Positions 47,279 to 56,826 of a stretch of 56,883 bases of DNA are shown piece by piece. The stretch comes from Candidatus Eiseniibacteriota bacterium (GTDB lineage Bacteria; Eisenbacteria; RBG-16-71-46), in contig VBOT01000052.1 in NCBI GenBank assembly GCA_005893225.1, positions 1-56,883 on the forward strand, in the 5' to 3' direction. The notes beneath the pieces are model-generated. The model made no database searches. It saw nothing but the letters and a program-made list of their open reading frames with translations, and had not been told where the DNA came from. A program made the translations under genes and the position numbers. The number at the start of each line of letters is the position of its first letter. Position 1 is the first letter of the stretch.

Positions 47279-49203
47279 GCGAGCGAGAAGTACTTCTCGA
47301 GCCCCATGTGTTCGGGAACCGTCACCGCGAAATACGGCTGCTTCTTCCACCCGCGATCGCCGTGGTCCACGTCGATCATGTGCGCCACCATGTACTGGTT
47401 GGTGTATTCGAAGGCGCCGGTCGAGTCGCGAAAGTACCCCTGCCCGAGCTGCTTGATCTGCTCGTCGTTCAGGGTGATCGGCACCCGCGGCTCGTCGTCG
47501 CGGAGCTGGCGGATGTACCAGTCGGTGTTGAGAAGGCTCAGGTTCACGACCCGCACGTCCTTGCGCAGCCCCTCGACCTGCTGCATGTACCAGAGCGGGA
47601 AGGTGTCGTTGTCGCCGTTCGTGAACATGAACGAGTTGGGAGCCAGCGGCTCGAGCATGTTGTAGGCGTAGTCGTGGGCGACGTAGTTGCCGCGCCGGTC
47701 GTGCGTGAACCAGAGGTTCTTCATCAGCAGGAACGGCTGGGAGGCCAGCAGGACCGCAGCCGCCGCCGCCGCGTAGGACCGCATCGGCCCCTCGGCGAAC
47801 GAATCCCGGACCCAGCCGATCATCCACGCCACCCCGAGCCCGATCCACAGGGCGTAGGCGTGGTAGCCGCTCTGGAAGAAGTAATCGCGCTCGCGCACCT
47901 CGCTGGGGCTGAAGTTGAGGAACACGATCATCCCCGCGGTGGTGAGGCCCAGGAAGCAACCGGTGTAGAGGAACGTCGTGAGATTCCGGCGCGCCTGCCA
48001 GGCCCCGCCCAGCAGCCCGAGCAGGAGCGGGAGCAGCGCCCCGATCAGGCGGTCGGTGGGGAACAGCGGCCACTGGCGCCTGAAGTAGCGCCAGAACTCC
48101 TTGTCGAGCTGCACCGACAGCGGGGCGCGGCGCACGAACATGTTCATCTGGCCGTACTGCTTGCGCTCCAGCAGGTCGCGCAAGTTGTCCCAGTTGGAGG
48201 GGTCGCCCTCGTTGATGGCCGGATGCTGGGCGGCGCGGATCGGCAGGTAAGCGTGGGTCGAGTAGCCCACCACCATGAGGAACAGGGCGAGGGCGAGGAT
48301 CTTGCCCTCGCGCGTGCGCCGCGCGAGCAGCGCCAGCGGCACCCCGATCGACCCCAGCGCGAGCAGGGCGGTCCAGCGGTTGAAGGGCGCGTCGCCGAAC
48401 GCCGGCCCCAGGCAGATCACCGCCGCCACCGCCCCTCCGGCGACCACCCAGCCGTTCAGCTTCTTCTGCCAGGCGTAGCCGACGAACACCAGCGTCGAGA
48501 GCACCAGGACCCAGCCGGCCATCTTCTCGAGGCCCGTGACCACGAACAGGACGGCTAGGAACGGCATGGCGAACACCAGCGCCGCGCGGCGGTCCACGAG
48601 CCACACCTCCACCGTGAGCGGGAGCCCCATCATCCCGACCCCGAGATGAAAGCCGACGGACAGCCACATCACGTACACGCACAGGAGCAGCGGGCCCGCG
48701 GTCGGCCGGCGCTCGTGCTCCTCCCACCACTTGAGCCCGAGCCACAGCACCAGGATCTGGGCGAGGCTCATGAGGGAATAGACCTCGGCCTCGATCGCGC
48801 TCTCCCAGAAGTCGTCGCAGAACGCGAACAGGAGCGCCCCCGTCATGGCGCCGACGTGGGCGATCCACTCCCGGGTCACGGTGCGCTCGGGTCCTTGGGC
48901 GATCCGGATGAGCCTCAGGGTGGTGAGGTAGGTCAGCATCACCGCGAGCGCGCACGGGATCGCCGAGAGCGCGTTGATGCGCTGGGCCACCGTGGCCCAG
49001 GGCACGAGCGTGGCCACGCGTCCCAGCAGCACGTAAAGAGGCGTTCCCGGCGGATGCGGAATGCCGAGAATGTAGGAGCAGGCGATGAACTCGCCCGCGT
49101 CCCAGAACGGGACGGTCGGCGCCAGTGTCCTCATGTACACGGCGGCGGGGATCAGGAATGCCAGGAGGGCGAGCCAGGGGGTGGCGCGCTTGCTCCAGTC
49201 CAT
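47257..49203 (-). CDS. DUF2723 / TMEM260-like membrane glycosyltransferase (truncated by frameshift at about 47279)
   Basis: APTVPFWDAGEFIA...HPPGTPLY, EAEVY, RERDYFF, FTNGDNDTFPLWY, NLSLLNTDWY. Confidence 0.88.
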   Translation of the reverse strand: MDWSKRATPWLALLAFLIPAAVYMRTLAPTVPFWDAGEFIACSYILGIPHPPGTPLYVLLGRVATLVPWATVAQRINALSAIPCALAVMLTYLTTLRLIRIAQGPERTVTREWIAHVGAMTGALLFAFCDDFWESAIEAEVYSLMSLAQILVLWLGLKWWEEHERRPTAGPLLLCVYVMWLSVGFHLGVGMMGLPLTVEVWLVDRRAALVFAMPFLAVLFVVTGLEKMAGWVLVLSTLVFVGYAWQKKLNGWVVAGGAVAAVICLGPAFGDAPFNRWTALLALGSIGVPLALLARRTREGKILALALFLMVVGYSTHAYLPIRAAQHPAINEGDPSNWDNLRDLLERKQYGQMNMFVRRAPLSVQLDKEFWRYFRRQWPLFPTDRLIGALLPLLLGLLGGAWQARRNLTTFLYTGCFLGLTTAGMIVFLNFSPSEVRERDYFFQSGYHAYALWIGLGVAWMIGWVRDSFAEGPMRSYAAAAAAVLLASQPFLLMKNLWFTHDRRGNYVAHDYAYNMLEPLAPNSFMFTNGDNDTFPLWYMQQVEGLRKDVRVVNLSLLNTDWYIRQLRDDEPRVPITLNDEQIKQLGQGYFRDSTGAFEYTNQYMVAHMIDVDHGDRGWKKQPYFAVTVPEHMGLEKYFSLARASSTG

Positions 49204-50201
49204 CAGGAAGTCCTCCGCTCCTGGCGCGCTTCCGCGGCCCGGCCGGGCAAGCGCGCGAGGAATACCAGCCCCCCGATGAGGCTCACCGCCACCGCCACCA
49301 GGTAGGTCGTGAATTGCAGCGAGAACGCTCGCGTCCGGTCGACGCCGGCCAGTCCGAACAGCAGGATGCCCGCACCCTCCCGCACTCCAATGCCGTTGAA
49401 CGAGATGGGCAACGTCACGATGACCGCCAGCAGAGGCACGAACAGAAAGAAGTAATGGATCGGCGTCCGGATGTCGAGCGCCCGCGCCACCAGGACGTGA
49501 ACCCCGATGCGGGAGAGCTGGACGATCGCCGCCACCCCGAGGAGCGCGAAGAACAGGCCCGGCCGCTCCCGGAAGCTCTTGAAGCGCGACGCCATCTCCT
49601 CGAGGTGAGGCTTGAGAGCGCCCAGGCCGACGCGCTGGAGGACCCCTTCCATGCCCGGCAGGAGCCGCGGGTGGAAGACCGCCCACACCAGGATGACGCT
49701 GAAGCCGAAGAACGCCACCAGCAGGAGGTAGATCACGGTGAGGTGGAAGCGGTCGATCGCCGGCAGCGTGGTCAGGAGCGCCAGGCCCGCCAGCGCCACG
49801 GTCCCGATCACGCGATCCATCACCACGGTCGAGAACGCCGCCGCACGGTTGGGCCCGTGGCGCGACGCGTCGAAGACCCGCGCGATGTCGCCGCCGATGT
49901 TGGCGGGGAGGAAGTTGTTGAAGAACAGCCCGACGTGGAAATAGGCGCACACCTTCCAGAACGGGATCCGGATGCCGACCGCGGCGAGCAGCCGTGCCCA
50001 CTGGTAGGAGCCGAGCACGTTGCTCCCGAGCATCAGGAGGCACGCGGCGGCGAGACCCATGCGGTCCGCGTGCCGCAGGGTGGCGGACAGGCTGCCGAAC
50101 GGGATGCGCGCGAACAGGAACGTCATGAGCCCGGCGCTGAGCCCGAGCTTGACGAGCACCATCGCGATGGTCCTGGGCCTGGCGGTCGCCCTGAGGTTCA
50201 T
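49203..50201 (-). CDS. Lysylphosphatidylglycerol synthase TM / UPF0104 flippase-like protein
   Basis: VGLFFNNFLPANIGGD, VVMDRVIG, LPISFNGIGVREG. Confidence 0.85.
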   Translation of the reverse strand: MNLRATARPRTIAMVLVKLGLSAGLMTFLFARIPFGSLSATLRHADRMGLAAACLLMLGSNVLGSYQWARLLAAVGIRIPFWKVCAYFHVGLFFNNFLPANIGGDIARVFDASRHGPNRAAAFSTVVMDRVIGTVALAGLALLTTLPAIDRFHLTVIYLLLVAFFGFSVILVWAVFHPRLLPGMEGVLQRVGLGALKPHLEEMASRFKSFRERPGLFFALLGVAAIVQLSRIGVHVLVARALDIRTPIHYFFLFVPLLAVIVTLPISFNGIGVREGAGILLFGLAGVDRTRAFSLQFTTYLVAVAVSLIGGLVFLARLPGRAAEARQERRTS

Positions 50202-51325
50202 GGAGCGCGACCCGCGCCGGCGAGCAGCGCGTCGAGCGAGGCCCGGGCGCAGTCGACCCAGCGGAACCTGGCCGCCCACTCGATGCCCCCGGCGGCGAGC
50301 CGCTCCCGCAGCGGGCGATCGGTGAGCACCCGGATCAGTGCGTCGGCAAGCGCCCCATCGTCCCCGAACGGCACCAGGAGCCCGGTCACGTCCCGGCGCA
50401 CCGAGTCGCGCAGCCCAGGGCTGTCGGCCGCCACCACCGCCGTCCCGCACGCGCCGGCCTCGACCACCGTCAGCCCCCAGCCTTCCTTGGGCGAGGGCTG
50501 GACCAGAGCCCAGGCCCCTCGCAGCCGGCAGGCCTTCTCCGCCCGCGGCAGGAAGCCCCGGAACTCGACCGACCTCGAGACTCCGAGCCTCGCCGCCATC
50601 GACTCGAGGGAGCTCCGGTAGGGGCCGTCGCCGATCACCTCGAGCCGCGCCTCGGGCACCTGCCGGAGCACGCGAGGCATCGCGCGGATCACCCAGTCGA
50701 GGCCCTTGTAGCGGCGCAGCCGGCCGATGAACAGCACGGTGGGAGCGGGCTGCTTCGCGTCGCCGCCGGCCGGTCGATAGGTCTCGTGGTCGAGCCCGCA
50801 GTGCACCACCGAGACGCGCTCTGGGGCGATGCCGCGCCGCACCAGGTCGTCCCGGGTGCTCTCGGAGATGGCGAGGAAGCGGGCGCGCCGGTAGACCCGC
50901 GGGATCCACGACTCGAGGGCCACCACGTAGAGCGCCACCGGCCAGGAGGCCTCGCGGAACGCGGTCCAGCCGAACAGGTGCGGGACGATTACCGACACCG
51001 CGCTCCGGGTCCACCCGGGCGTGAAGCACGGCACCTTGTTGATGTCCTCGACCACCAGGTCCGGCGGGGGACTCGAGAGCTCGCGGGCGAGGGTCCTGGC
51101 CGCCACCCAGTTGAAGTTCCACCAGGCGCCCCGGCGCATCACCCGCATGCCGCGGTGCGTGGCTTCGGGTGCTCCGCCCGGGAAGCCGGAGGCGAGCCAG
51201 GTGACCCGCATGCCGCGCCGCACGGCCTCGAGAAGGATCTCCTCGAGATGGAGCTCGGCGCCTCCCGCTTCGGGGTGGCCGGGGTCGCGGAAGTTGACGG
51301 CCACGAGGTGAAACGAGCCCGTCAC
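50198..51325 (-). CDS. GT4 glycosyltransferase
   Basis: NFRDPGHPEAGGAE, EDINKVP, GRLRRYKG, KEGWGLTVVEAGACGT, PGLRDSV. Confidence 0.9.
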   Translation of the reverse strand: MTGSFHLVAVNFRDPGHPEAGGAELHLEEILLEAVRRGMRVTWLASGFPGGAPEATHRGMRVMRRGAWWNFNWVAARTLARELSSPPPDLVVEDINKVPCFTPGWTRSAVSVIVPHLFGWTAFREASWPVALYVVALESWIPRVYRRARFLAISESTRDDLVRRGIAPERVSVVHCGLDHETYRPAGGDAKQPAPTVLFIGRLRRYKGLDWVIRAMPRVLRQVPEARLEVIGDGPYRSSLESMAARLGVSRSVEFRGFLPRAEKACRLRGAWALVQPSPKEGWGLTVVEAGACGTAVVAADSPGLRDSVRRDVTGLLVPFGDDGALADALIRVLTDRPLRERLAAGGIEWAARFRWVDCARASLDALLAGAGRAP

Positions 51326-52107
51326 GGCTTCTCCGCCACGGTGCCGATCACGTGGCAGGTGTAGAGGGCGAGGCGGGTGCGCCCGAAGCGCTCCCGGAAG
51401 CGGCTCCACATGCCGTCCCACCATCGCGGGCCGCGCGGCTCGAGCGGGAGCACCACGCCGGCGCGCTTCAGGAGCTCGCGCGTCACCCGGTAGCCGAGGC
51501 CCGGCACCATCCAGGCGCCGTAGGTCCGCCGCACCCTGAGGCCCGTCTCGTCGAGCAGCCGCTCGAGAGCGCGCGGTGTGAACTGGGTCTCCCACCCGGC
51601 GAACCACTTGTTGGCGGCGATCAGGGCCTTCTTCATCACCGTGTAGGGATGGAAGGTCTGGGGCACGTCCACCACCACCCGCCCGCCGCGCCGGACGACC
51701 CGGGCGTTCTCCGCGAGCAGCGGGCGCGGGTCGCGGAAGTGCTCGAGCAGACCCTGGTGGAAGACCACGTCGAAGGTGCCGTCGCGGAACGGCAGGGCGA
51801 GGGCGTTGGCGCGCACCAGATGCACCGTGGCCCCGGGTCCGCGCGCCTGGCGTCTCACCAGCTCCAGCGACGCCGGCGAGTAGTCGACCACCACCGCCGT
51901 GGCGCCCGCACGGGCGAGGCCGAGGCTGTCGCGCCCCGAGCCCGCGCCGACCTCGAGCACGCGCCGGCCCTCGACCGGGCCCTCGCTCAGGATCTCCCGC
52001 TCCAGCCTCCCGCCGGTCGAGTAGGTGCGGTCCAGGTCCTGGTGCCCGCGCCAGTACGACTCCCAGTGCTCGAGCGTGGAGCTGCGAGCCGCCTTCACGG
52101 CGCTCAC
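51322..52107 (-). CDS. Class I SAM methyltransferase
   Basis: VLEVGAGSGRD, LPFRDGTFDVVFHQGLLEHF, RVVRRGG. Confidence 0.85.
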   Translation of the reverse strand: MSAVKAARSSTLEHWESYWRGHQDLDRTYSTGGRLEREILSEGPVEGRRVLEVGAGSGRDSLGLARAGATAVVVDYSPASLELVRRQARGPGATVHLVRANALALPFRDGTFDVVFHQGLLEHFRDPRPLLAENARVVRRGGRVVVDVPQTFHPYTVMKKALIAANKWFAGWETQFTPRALERLLDETGLRVRRTYGAWMVPGLGYRVTRELLKRAGVVLPLEPRGPRWWDGMWSRFRERFGRTRLALYTCHVIGTVAEKP

Positions 52108-52829
52108 TCCCCCCACTGGAGCCGCTCGGCCAGAAACCGCGGGAGGCCGGCCGCGGCGATGCGCTTCATCGCCCCCTCGACCGGGTAGTCGAGGCGCACG
52201 TGGGACATGAGGCGCGCCTCGGGAGCGTAGAGCAGGTAGCCGGCCCGCGGGTCGCCGTCGCGCGGCTGCCCCACGCTCGCCACGTTCACGAGATAGCGGT
52301 GACCGGGCCGGAGCGGGATATCGGCCTCGCGCGAGTAGCTCAGGCGGCGCCCGTTCCACTCGAAGGCGCCCGGGTAGTGGGAATGTCCGATCAGGCAGAC
52401 GCTCTCGGTGAAGGCCTTCATCTCCTCCTCGGCCTCCTCGGCCGAGAGCACGTAGCGCCAGTCCTCGGGATCCGAGGGCGACGAGTGCACCAGCCTGAGC
52501 CCGCGCCAGGGCACCGAGAGCGGCAGGCCCTCGAGGTAGGCGCGGTTCTCGGGCGTGAGCCGCTGGTCGGTCCAGCGCGCCGCCTCGGCGGCGTCCGAGT
52601 TGAAGTAGCCGAGCTTGATCCGCCCGCACGCGGCGAGATCGTGGTTTCCCGCCACCGCCACCTCGATGCGCGGCCGCAGCGTCTCGATGCACTCGTTCGG
52701 GGACGCGCCGTATCCCACGAAGTCGCCGAGGCAGGCGATCGAGGCCGCCCCGCGGCGGTCGATGTCCGCGAGCACCGTCTCGAGCGCTTCGAGGTTCCCG
52801 TGGATGTCCGACACCACCGCATGCAGCAT
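52104..52829 (-). CDS. Calcineurin-like metallophosphoesterase (YfcE/MJ0912-like)
   Basis: SDIHGN, LGDFVGYG, GNHD, GHSH, SVGQPRDGDPRA. Confidence 0.9.
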   Translation of the reverse strand: MLHAVVSDIHGNLEALETVLADIDRRGAASIACLGDFVGYGASPNECIETLRPRIEVAVAGNHDLAACGRIKLGYFNSDAAEAARWTDQRLTPENRAYLEGLPLSVPWRGLRLVHSSPSDPEDWRYVLSAEEAEEEMKAFTESVCLIGHSHYPGAFEWNGRRLSYSREADIPLRPGHRYLVNVASVGQPRDGDPRAGYLLYAPEARLMSHVRLDYPVEGAMKRIAAAGLPRFLAERLQWGE

Positions 52830-53260
52830 CAGAGCTCCCCCGGCCTCAGGGCCCGCGCCACTCGGTCGAGGACGCCGTTGACGAAGCGCCCCGACTCCTC
52901 GGAGCCGTAGCGCTTGGCGATCTCGATTGCCTCGTCGAGAACCACGCGCGCCGGGGTCTCCGGCCGCGACATCAGCTCGGCCACGGCGGCGCGCATCACC
53001 GAGCGGTCGGTGGCGCTCAGGCGGGCGAGCGGCCAGTTCTCGGCGGCGCCCTCCAGCGCGGCGTCCACCTCGCGGCCGCGGCAGGCGAGCACCCCGAGCA
53101 CGTCCTCGATGAGCTGGATCTGGCCGGTCCCGAGCCGCTCCTCCGCCCGCCGGGCGCTCCACGCGTCGGCATAGGAATCCCCGGTGACATCGGCCTGGTA
53201 GGCGACCCGGAACAGCACCTCGCGGGCCCGCCGCCGCTCGCCCTCGACCGCCCGCGTCAT
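52829..53260 (-). CDS. nusB: Transcription antitermination factor NusB
   Basis: RRRARE, NWPLARLSATDR, VVLDEAIEIAKRYG, FVNGVLD; follows ribH. Confidence 0.93.
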   Translation of the reverse strand: MTRAVEGERRRAREVLFRVAYQADVTGDSYADAWSARRAEERLGTGQIQLIEDVLGVLACRGREVDAALEGAAENWPLARLSATDRSVMRAAVAELMSRPETPARVVLDEAIEIAKRYGSEESGRFVNGVLDRVARALRPGEL

Positions 53261-53730
53261 GCCGTCCCCGCGCGGCGCCTGAGATCGGCCATCTGGACCG
53301 CAGCGAGCGCCACCTCGGCGCCGCGGTTGCCGAGTGTTCCTCCGGTGCGCTCCGCCGCCTGGTCCGAGTGCTGCGCCGCCAGGACGCCGTTCAGCACCGG
53401 CACGCCGGTCTCGAGCGCAACCTGCGAGAGCCCCTGCGACGAAGCCTCCGCCACCAGCCGGAAGTGCTCGGTCTCGCCGCGGATCAGCACGCCGAAGGCC
53501 AGCACGGCGTCGAAGCGGCCGGTGGCCGCGGCCCAGCGGCAGCCGAGCGGCAGCTCGAAGGAGCCCGGCACCCACCACACCTCGAGGTCCTCCTCGCCCG
53601 CGCCGCGGCTCCTCAGCACCTCGAGCGCCGCCGCCACCAGGCGCTGGACGTAGGCCTCGTTGAAGCGCGCGGCCACCAGGCAGTAGCGGTGGCCGCGGGC
53701 GTCGTGGCCGGGACGGATCTCGCGCGCCAT
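53257..53730 (-). CDS. ribH: 6,7-dimethyl-8-ribityllumazine synthase
   Basis: ARFN, VPGSFELP, GVLIRGETEHF, GVL, GNRGAE. Confidence 0.94.
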   Translation of the reverse strand: MAREIRPGHDARGHRYCLVAARFNEAYVQRLVAAALEVLRSRGAGEEDLEVWWVPGSFELPLGCRWAAATGRFDAVLAFGVLIRGETEHFRLVAEASSQGLSQVALETGVPVLNGVLAAQHSDQAAERTGGTLGNRGAEVALAAVQMADLRRRAGTA

Positions 53731-55025
53731 CAGGTCTCGCCGAGCTTCAGGTCGAGCAGATGGCCGAGCTTGTCGCGCTTGGTGGCCAGGTAGCGGCGGT
53801 TGTAGCGGGTGGGCGGCACGCGGATCGGCACGCGCTTGACGATCGAGAGCCCGTAGGCCTCGAGCCCGACGATCTTGCGCGGGTTGTTGGTGAGGAGCTC
53901 GATCTGGCGCACTCCCAGGTCGCACAGGATCTGGGCGCCGATGCCGTAGTCGCGCAGGTCGGGCGGGAAGCCCAGCCGCACGTTGGCCTCCACGGTGTCG
54001 AGCCCGCGGTCCTGGAGCGCGTAGGCCTTGAGCTTGTTCGCGAGCCCGATCCCGCGCCCCTCCTGCCGCAGATAGAGGAACACGCCGCGGCCGCGCTTCT
54101 GGATGGCGCGCAGCGCGGCGTGCATCTGCTGGCCGCAGTCGCAGCGCTGGGAGCCGAACACGTCCCCGGTCAGGCACTGGGAGTGGACCCGCACCAGCAC
54201 CGGGCCCCCGACCTCCACCCGCCCCTTGACCAGCGCCACATGATGGTCGCCCTCGAGGATGCTCTGGTAGAGATGGAGCTGGAACTTGCCGAACCGGGTG
54301 GGCAGCGGCACCGAGACGACCCGCTCCACCAGCACCTCCCGCCGCCTCCGGTACTCGATGAGGTCCCTGATGGTGAGGATCCCGAGACGGTGAGTGCGGG
54401 CGAAGCGCTCGAGCTCGGGAAGCCGCGCCATCCGGCCCCGGTCGTCGAGGATCTCGCACACCGCGGCGACCGGCCTCAAGCCGGCGAGGCGGCACAGATC
54501 GGGGGCGGCCTCGGTGTGGCCGGCGCGGCGGAGCACACCGCCCGGCACCGCGCGCAGCGGGAAGACATGGCCGGGGCGCACCAGGTCGTCGGCCCCGGTG
54601 CTGCGCCGCGCCAGAGCCACCAGCGTGCGGGCGCGATCGAACGCCGAGGTCCCGGTGCTGGTCCCGCGGCGGACGTCCACCGACTCGGTGAACGGCGTCC
54701 CGAACTTGGCCGTGTTGTGGGGCACCATGAGCTTCAGGCCCAGCCGGTCGGCCTCCTCGGGCGCCATCGGGGCGCACAGGATCCCGCGCCCGTGCTTGAG
54801 AGCGAAGTTCACCTTGGAAGGCGTGGCCTTCTCGGCCGCGAACACCAGGTCTCCCTCGTTCTCACGCTGGGCGTCGTCCACGACGACGATCATCTCGCCG
54901 GCCCGGATGCGGTCGACCGCCTGGGGGACGGTGAGGAATACGCCGGCTCCGGCAGGCGCACGCGGCGCGCGAACCCTGGAGGGGGGCCTTGGCGCTCCCG
55001 TCCGGACCTGGCTCACTCGGTTCAT
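53730..55025 (-). CDS. ribBA: Bifunctional DHBP synthase / GTP cyclohydrolase II
   Basis: [60 protein letters not shown]. Confidence 0.96.
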   Translation of the reverse strand: MNRVSQVRTGAPRPPSRVRAPRAPAGAGVFLTVPQAVDRIRAGEMIVVVDDAQRENEGDLVFAAEKATPSKVNFALKHGRGILCAPMAPEEADRLGLKLMVPHNTAKFGTPFTESVDVRRGTSTGTSAFDRARTLVALARRSTGADDLVRPGHVFPLRAVPGGVLRRAGHTEAAPDLCRLAGLRPVAAVCEILDDRGRMARLPELERFARTHRLGILTIRDLIEYRRRREVLVERVVSVPLPTRFGKFQLHLYQSILEGDHHVALVKGRVEVGGPVLVRVHSQCLTGDVFGSQRCDCGQQMHAALRAIQKRGRGVFLYLRQEGRGIGLANKLKAYALQDRGLDTVEANVRLGFPPDLRDYGIGAQILCDLGVRQIELLTNNPRKIVGLEAYGLSIVKRVPIRVPPTRYNRRYLATKRDKLGHLLDLKLGET

Positions 55026-55633
55026 TCAGGTCTCCTCGTCACGGCCGCCTCGTCGAAAAGGCGCGCGATGTGGCGGGCCACCAGGTCCACCTCGAGATTC
55101 ACGCCCCGCCCCGGCGTGTAGCCTCCGGCGAGCGTGACACGCAGCGTGTGGGGCACGAACGCCACCTCGAACCGCGCCCCCTTGGCACTCGCCACCGTGA
55201 GGCTCGCTCCATCCACGGCCAGGGACCCCTTCTCCGCCACGAAGCGCGCGAGCCAATCCGGAAGCTCGAACGCGATGCGCCGCCCCTCGCCCTCGGGGAC
55301 CACGCTCCGGACCACGCCGACGCCGTCGACGTGGCCCTGGACGAGGTGGCCGCCGAGACGATCACCGAGGCGCAGCGGCCGCTCCAGGTTCACCGGGTCG
55401 CCGGCCTGCAAGACGCCGAGCGTGGTGCGCTCGAAGGTCTCGGGAACCACGTCCGCCGCGAAACGGCCCGGCTCGACCGCCACGGCCGTGAGGCAGCAGC
55501 CGTTGACCGCCAGGCTCTGGCCGGGTCGCGTGTCATCGAGCACGCCGGCCGCGGCGATCCACAGACGGCATCCGCTCGGGCGCCGTTCGACCTCGGCCAC
55601 CTTGCCCATCTCCTCGATCAAGCCCGTGAACAT
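55022..55633 (-). CDS. ribE: Riboflavin synthase (alpha chain)
   Basis: [47 protein letters not shown]. Confidence 0.96.
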   Translation of the reverse strand: MFTGLIEEMGKVAEVERRPSGCRLWIAAAGVLDDTRPGQSLAVNGCCLTAVAVEPGRFAADVVPETFERTTLGVLQAGDPVNLERPLRLGDRLGGHLVQGHVDGVGVVRSVVPEGEGRRIAFELPDWLARFVAEKGSLAVDGASLTVASAKGARFEVAFVPHTLRVTLAGGYTPGRGVNLEVDLVARHIARLFDEAAVTRRPE

Positions 55634-56740
55634 CTAACCTCCGAAATCCACCAGCAGGTACGCGTCGCGGCCCCGCCCGGCCTGGGTGACCAGCCTCCCG
55701 GTGCGCGCCCGCGAGAGAGAGGCCCCGAGCGGCCCGCACCAGGCGAGCCCGTCCGCTCCGAGCAGCTTCGGAGCCACGAACAGCGCGATGCGGTCCACCA
55801 GCCCGGCGCTGAGCCACGCCGTGCCCAGCATGGCGCCCCCTTCCAGCAGCACCTCGTGACACCCCTCACGCGCGAGCCGCGCCGCGAGCGCGGGGGGCGA
55901 CACGCCGCCGCGACCGACCGGCAGCGGCCAGACCCGGACGCCGCGCTCCTCGAGAGCCTCGCGCCGCCGCCGGGGCGCCCCCCGGCCGCAGGCCACGACC
56001 GTGCCGCGCGCGAGCCCGCCCTCGAACATCCGGAGCGTGAGTGGCAGCCTGAGACCCGTGTCACACACCACGCGCAGCGGCTGGCGCACCGCGCCCATCC
56101 CTCGCGCCGTGAGGCGCGGGTCGTCCCTCAAGGCAGTGCGCGAGCCCACCATCACGGCGTCCGCGAGCGCCCGCAGGCGATGCCCCTCCTCGCGCGCCTC
56201 GCTCCCTGTGATCCATCGCGATGCCCCGCGGCGGTCCGCGATCCTGCCGTCGAGCGTCGCCGCCACCTTCCAGGTCACCTGGGGCCGCGCGCGGGTGTGG
56301 GCGAGCCAGTAGCCGCGGATCATCTGGCGCGCCCGCTCCGCGCAGAGCCCGGTCCGGACCTCGATGCCCGCGCGCCGCAGCGCCCGGAGGCCCCTCCCGT
56401 TCACGATCCGGTGCGGATCGCGCAGCGCCACCACGCACCGGCGCACGCCGGCCCGGATCAGGGCGTCCACGCACGGCGGCGTCCGTCCCTCGTGAGCGCA
56501 AGGCTCGAGCGTCACATACAGGGTGGCCCCGCGGGCCCTCGAGCCCGCCCGGGCCAAAGCCTCGTGCTCGGCGTGCGGCGCTCCGAGACGGCGATGCCAT
56601 CCCTCCCCGACCACGCGGCCCCGTCTCACCAGCACCGCTCCCACGATCGGATTGGGGCTCGTCCGCCCCCGCCCGCGCTCGGCGAGCCGCAAGGCGCGGA
56701 GCATGTAGGAACGCTCGACCTCGTCTGTCGCGGGGGACAT
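55634..56740 (-). CDS. ribD: Riboflavin deaminase/reductase RibD
   Basis: TSPNPIVG, HAE, TLEPCAHEGRTPPC, ATLDG, SRWIT, DDPRLTAR, LEGG; ATG 56740 after TGAGGG. Confidence 0.94.
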   Translation of the reverse strand: MSPATDEVERSYMLRALRLAERGRGRTSPNPIVGAVLVRRGRVVGEGWHRRLGAPHAEHEALARAGSRARGATLYVTLEPCAHEGRTPPCVDALIRAGVRRCVVALRDPHRIVNGRGLRALRRAGIEVRTGLCAERARQMIRGYWLAHTRARPQVTWKVAATLDGRIADRRGASRWITGSEAREEGHRLRALADAVMVGSRTALRDDPRLTARGMGAVRQPLRVVCDTGLRLPLTLRMFEGGLARGTVVACGRGAPRRRREALEERGVRVWPLPVGRGGVSPPALAARLAREGCHEVLLEGGAMLGTAWLSAGLVDRIALFVAPKLLGADGLAWCGPLGASLSRARTGRLVTQAGRGRDAYLLVDFGG

Positions 56741-56751
56741 GCCCTCAACGT

Positions 56752-56779
56752 GAAACCCCGTGGCGAGGACACCACGGGG
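56752..56779 (-). terminator. Hairpin of the FMN riboswitch expression platform
   Basis: Minus strand CCCCGTGG-TGTCCTCG-CCACGGGG followed by TTTC, just upstream of the ribD RBS. Confidence 0.55.
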
Positions 56780-56826
56780 CGGATTTGTGCTCGACGGACC
56801 GGGCGGACCATGGCCCGGTACCCCTC

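Noticed and set aside
47270-47290. Programmed ribosomal frameshift in the DUF2723 gene
   Set aside because: No slippery heptamer or obvious stimulatory structure, and a second lesion lies downstream; mutation or assembly error is more parsimonious.
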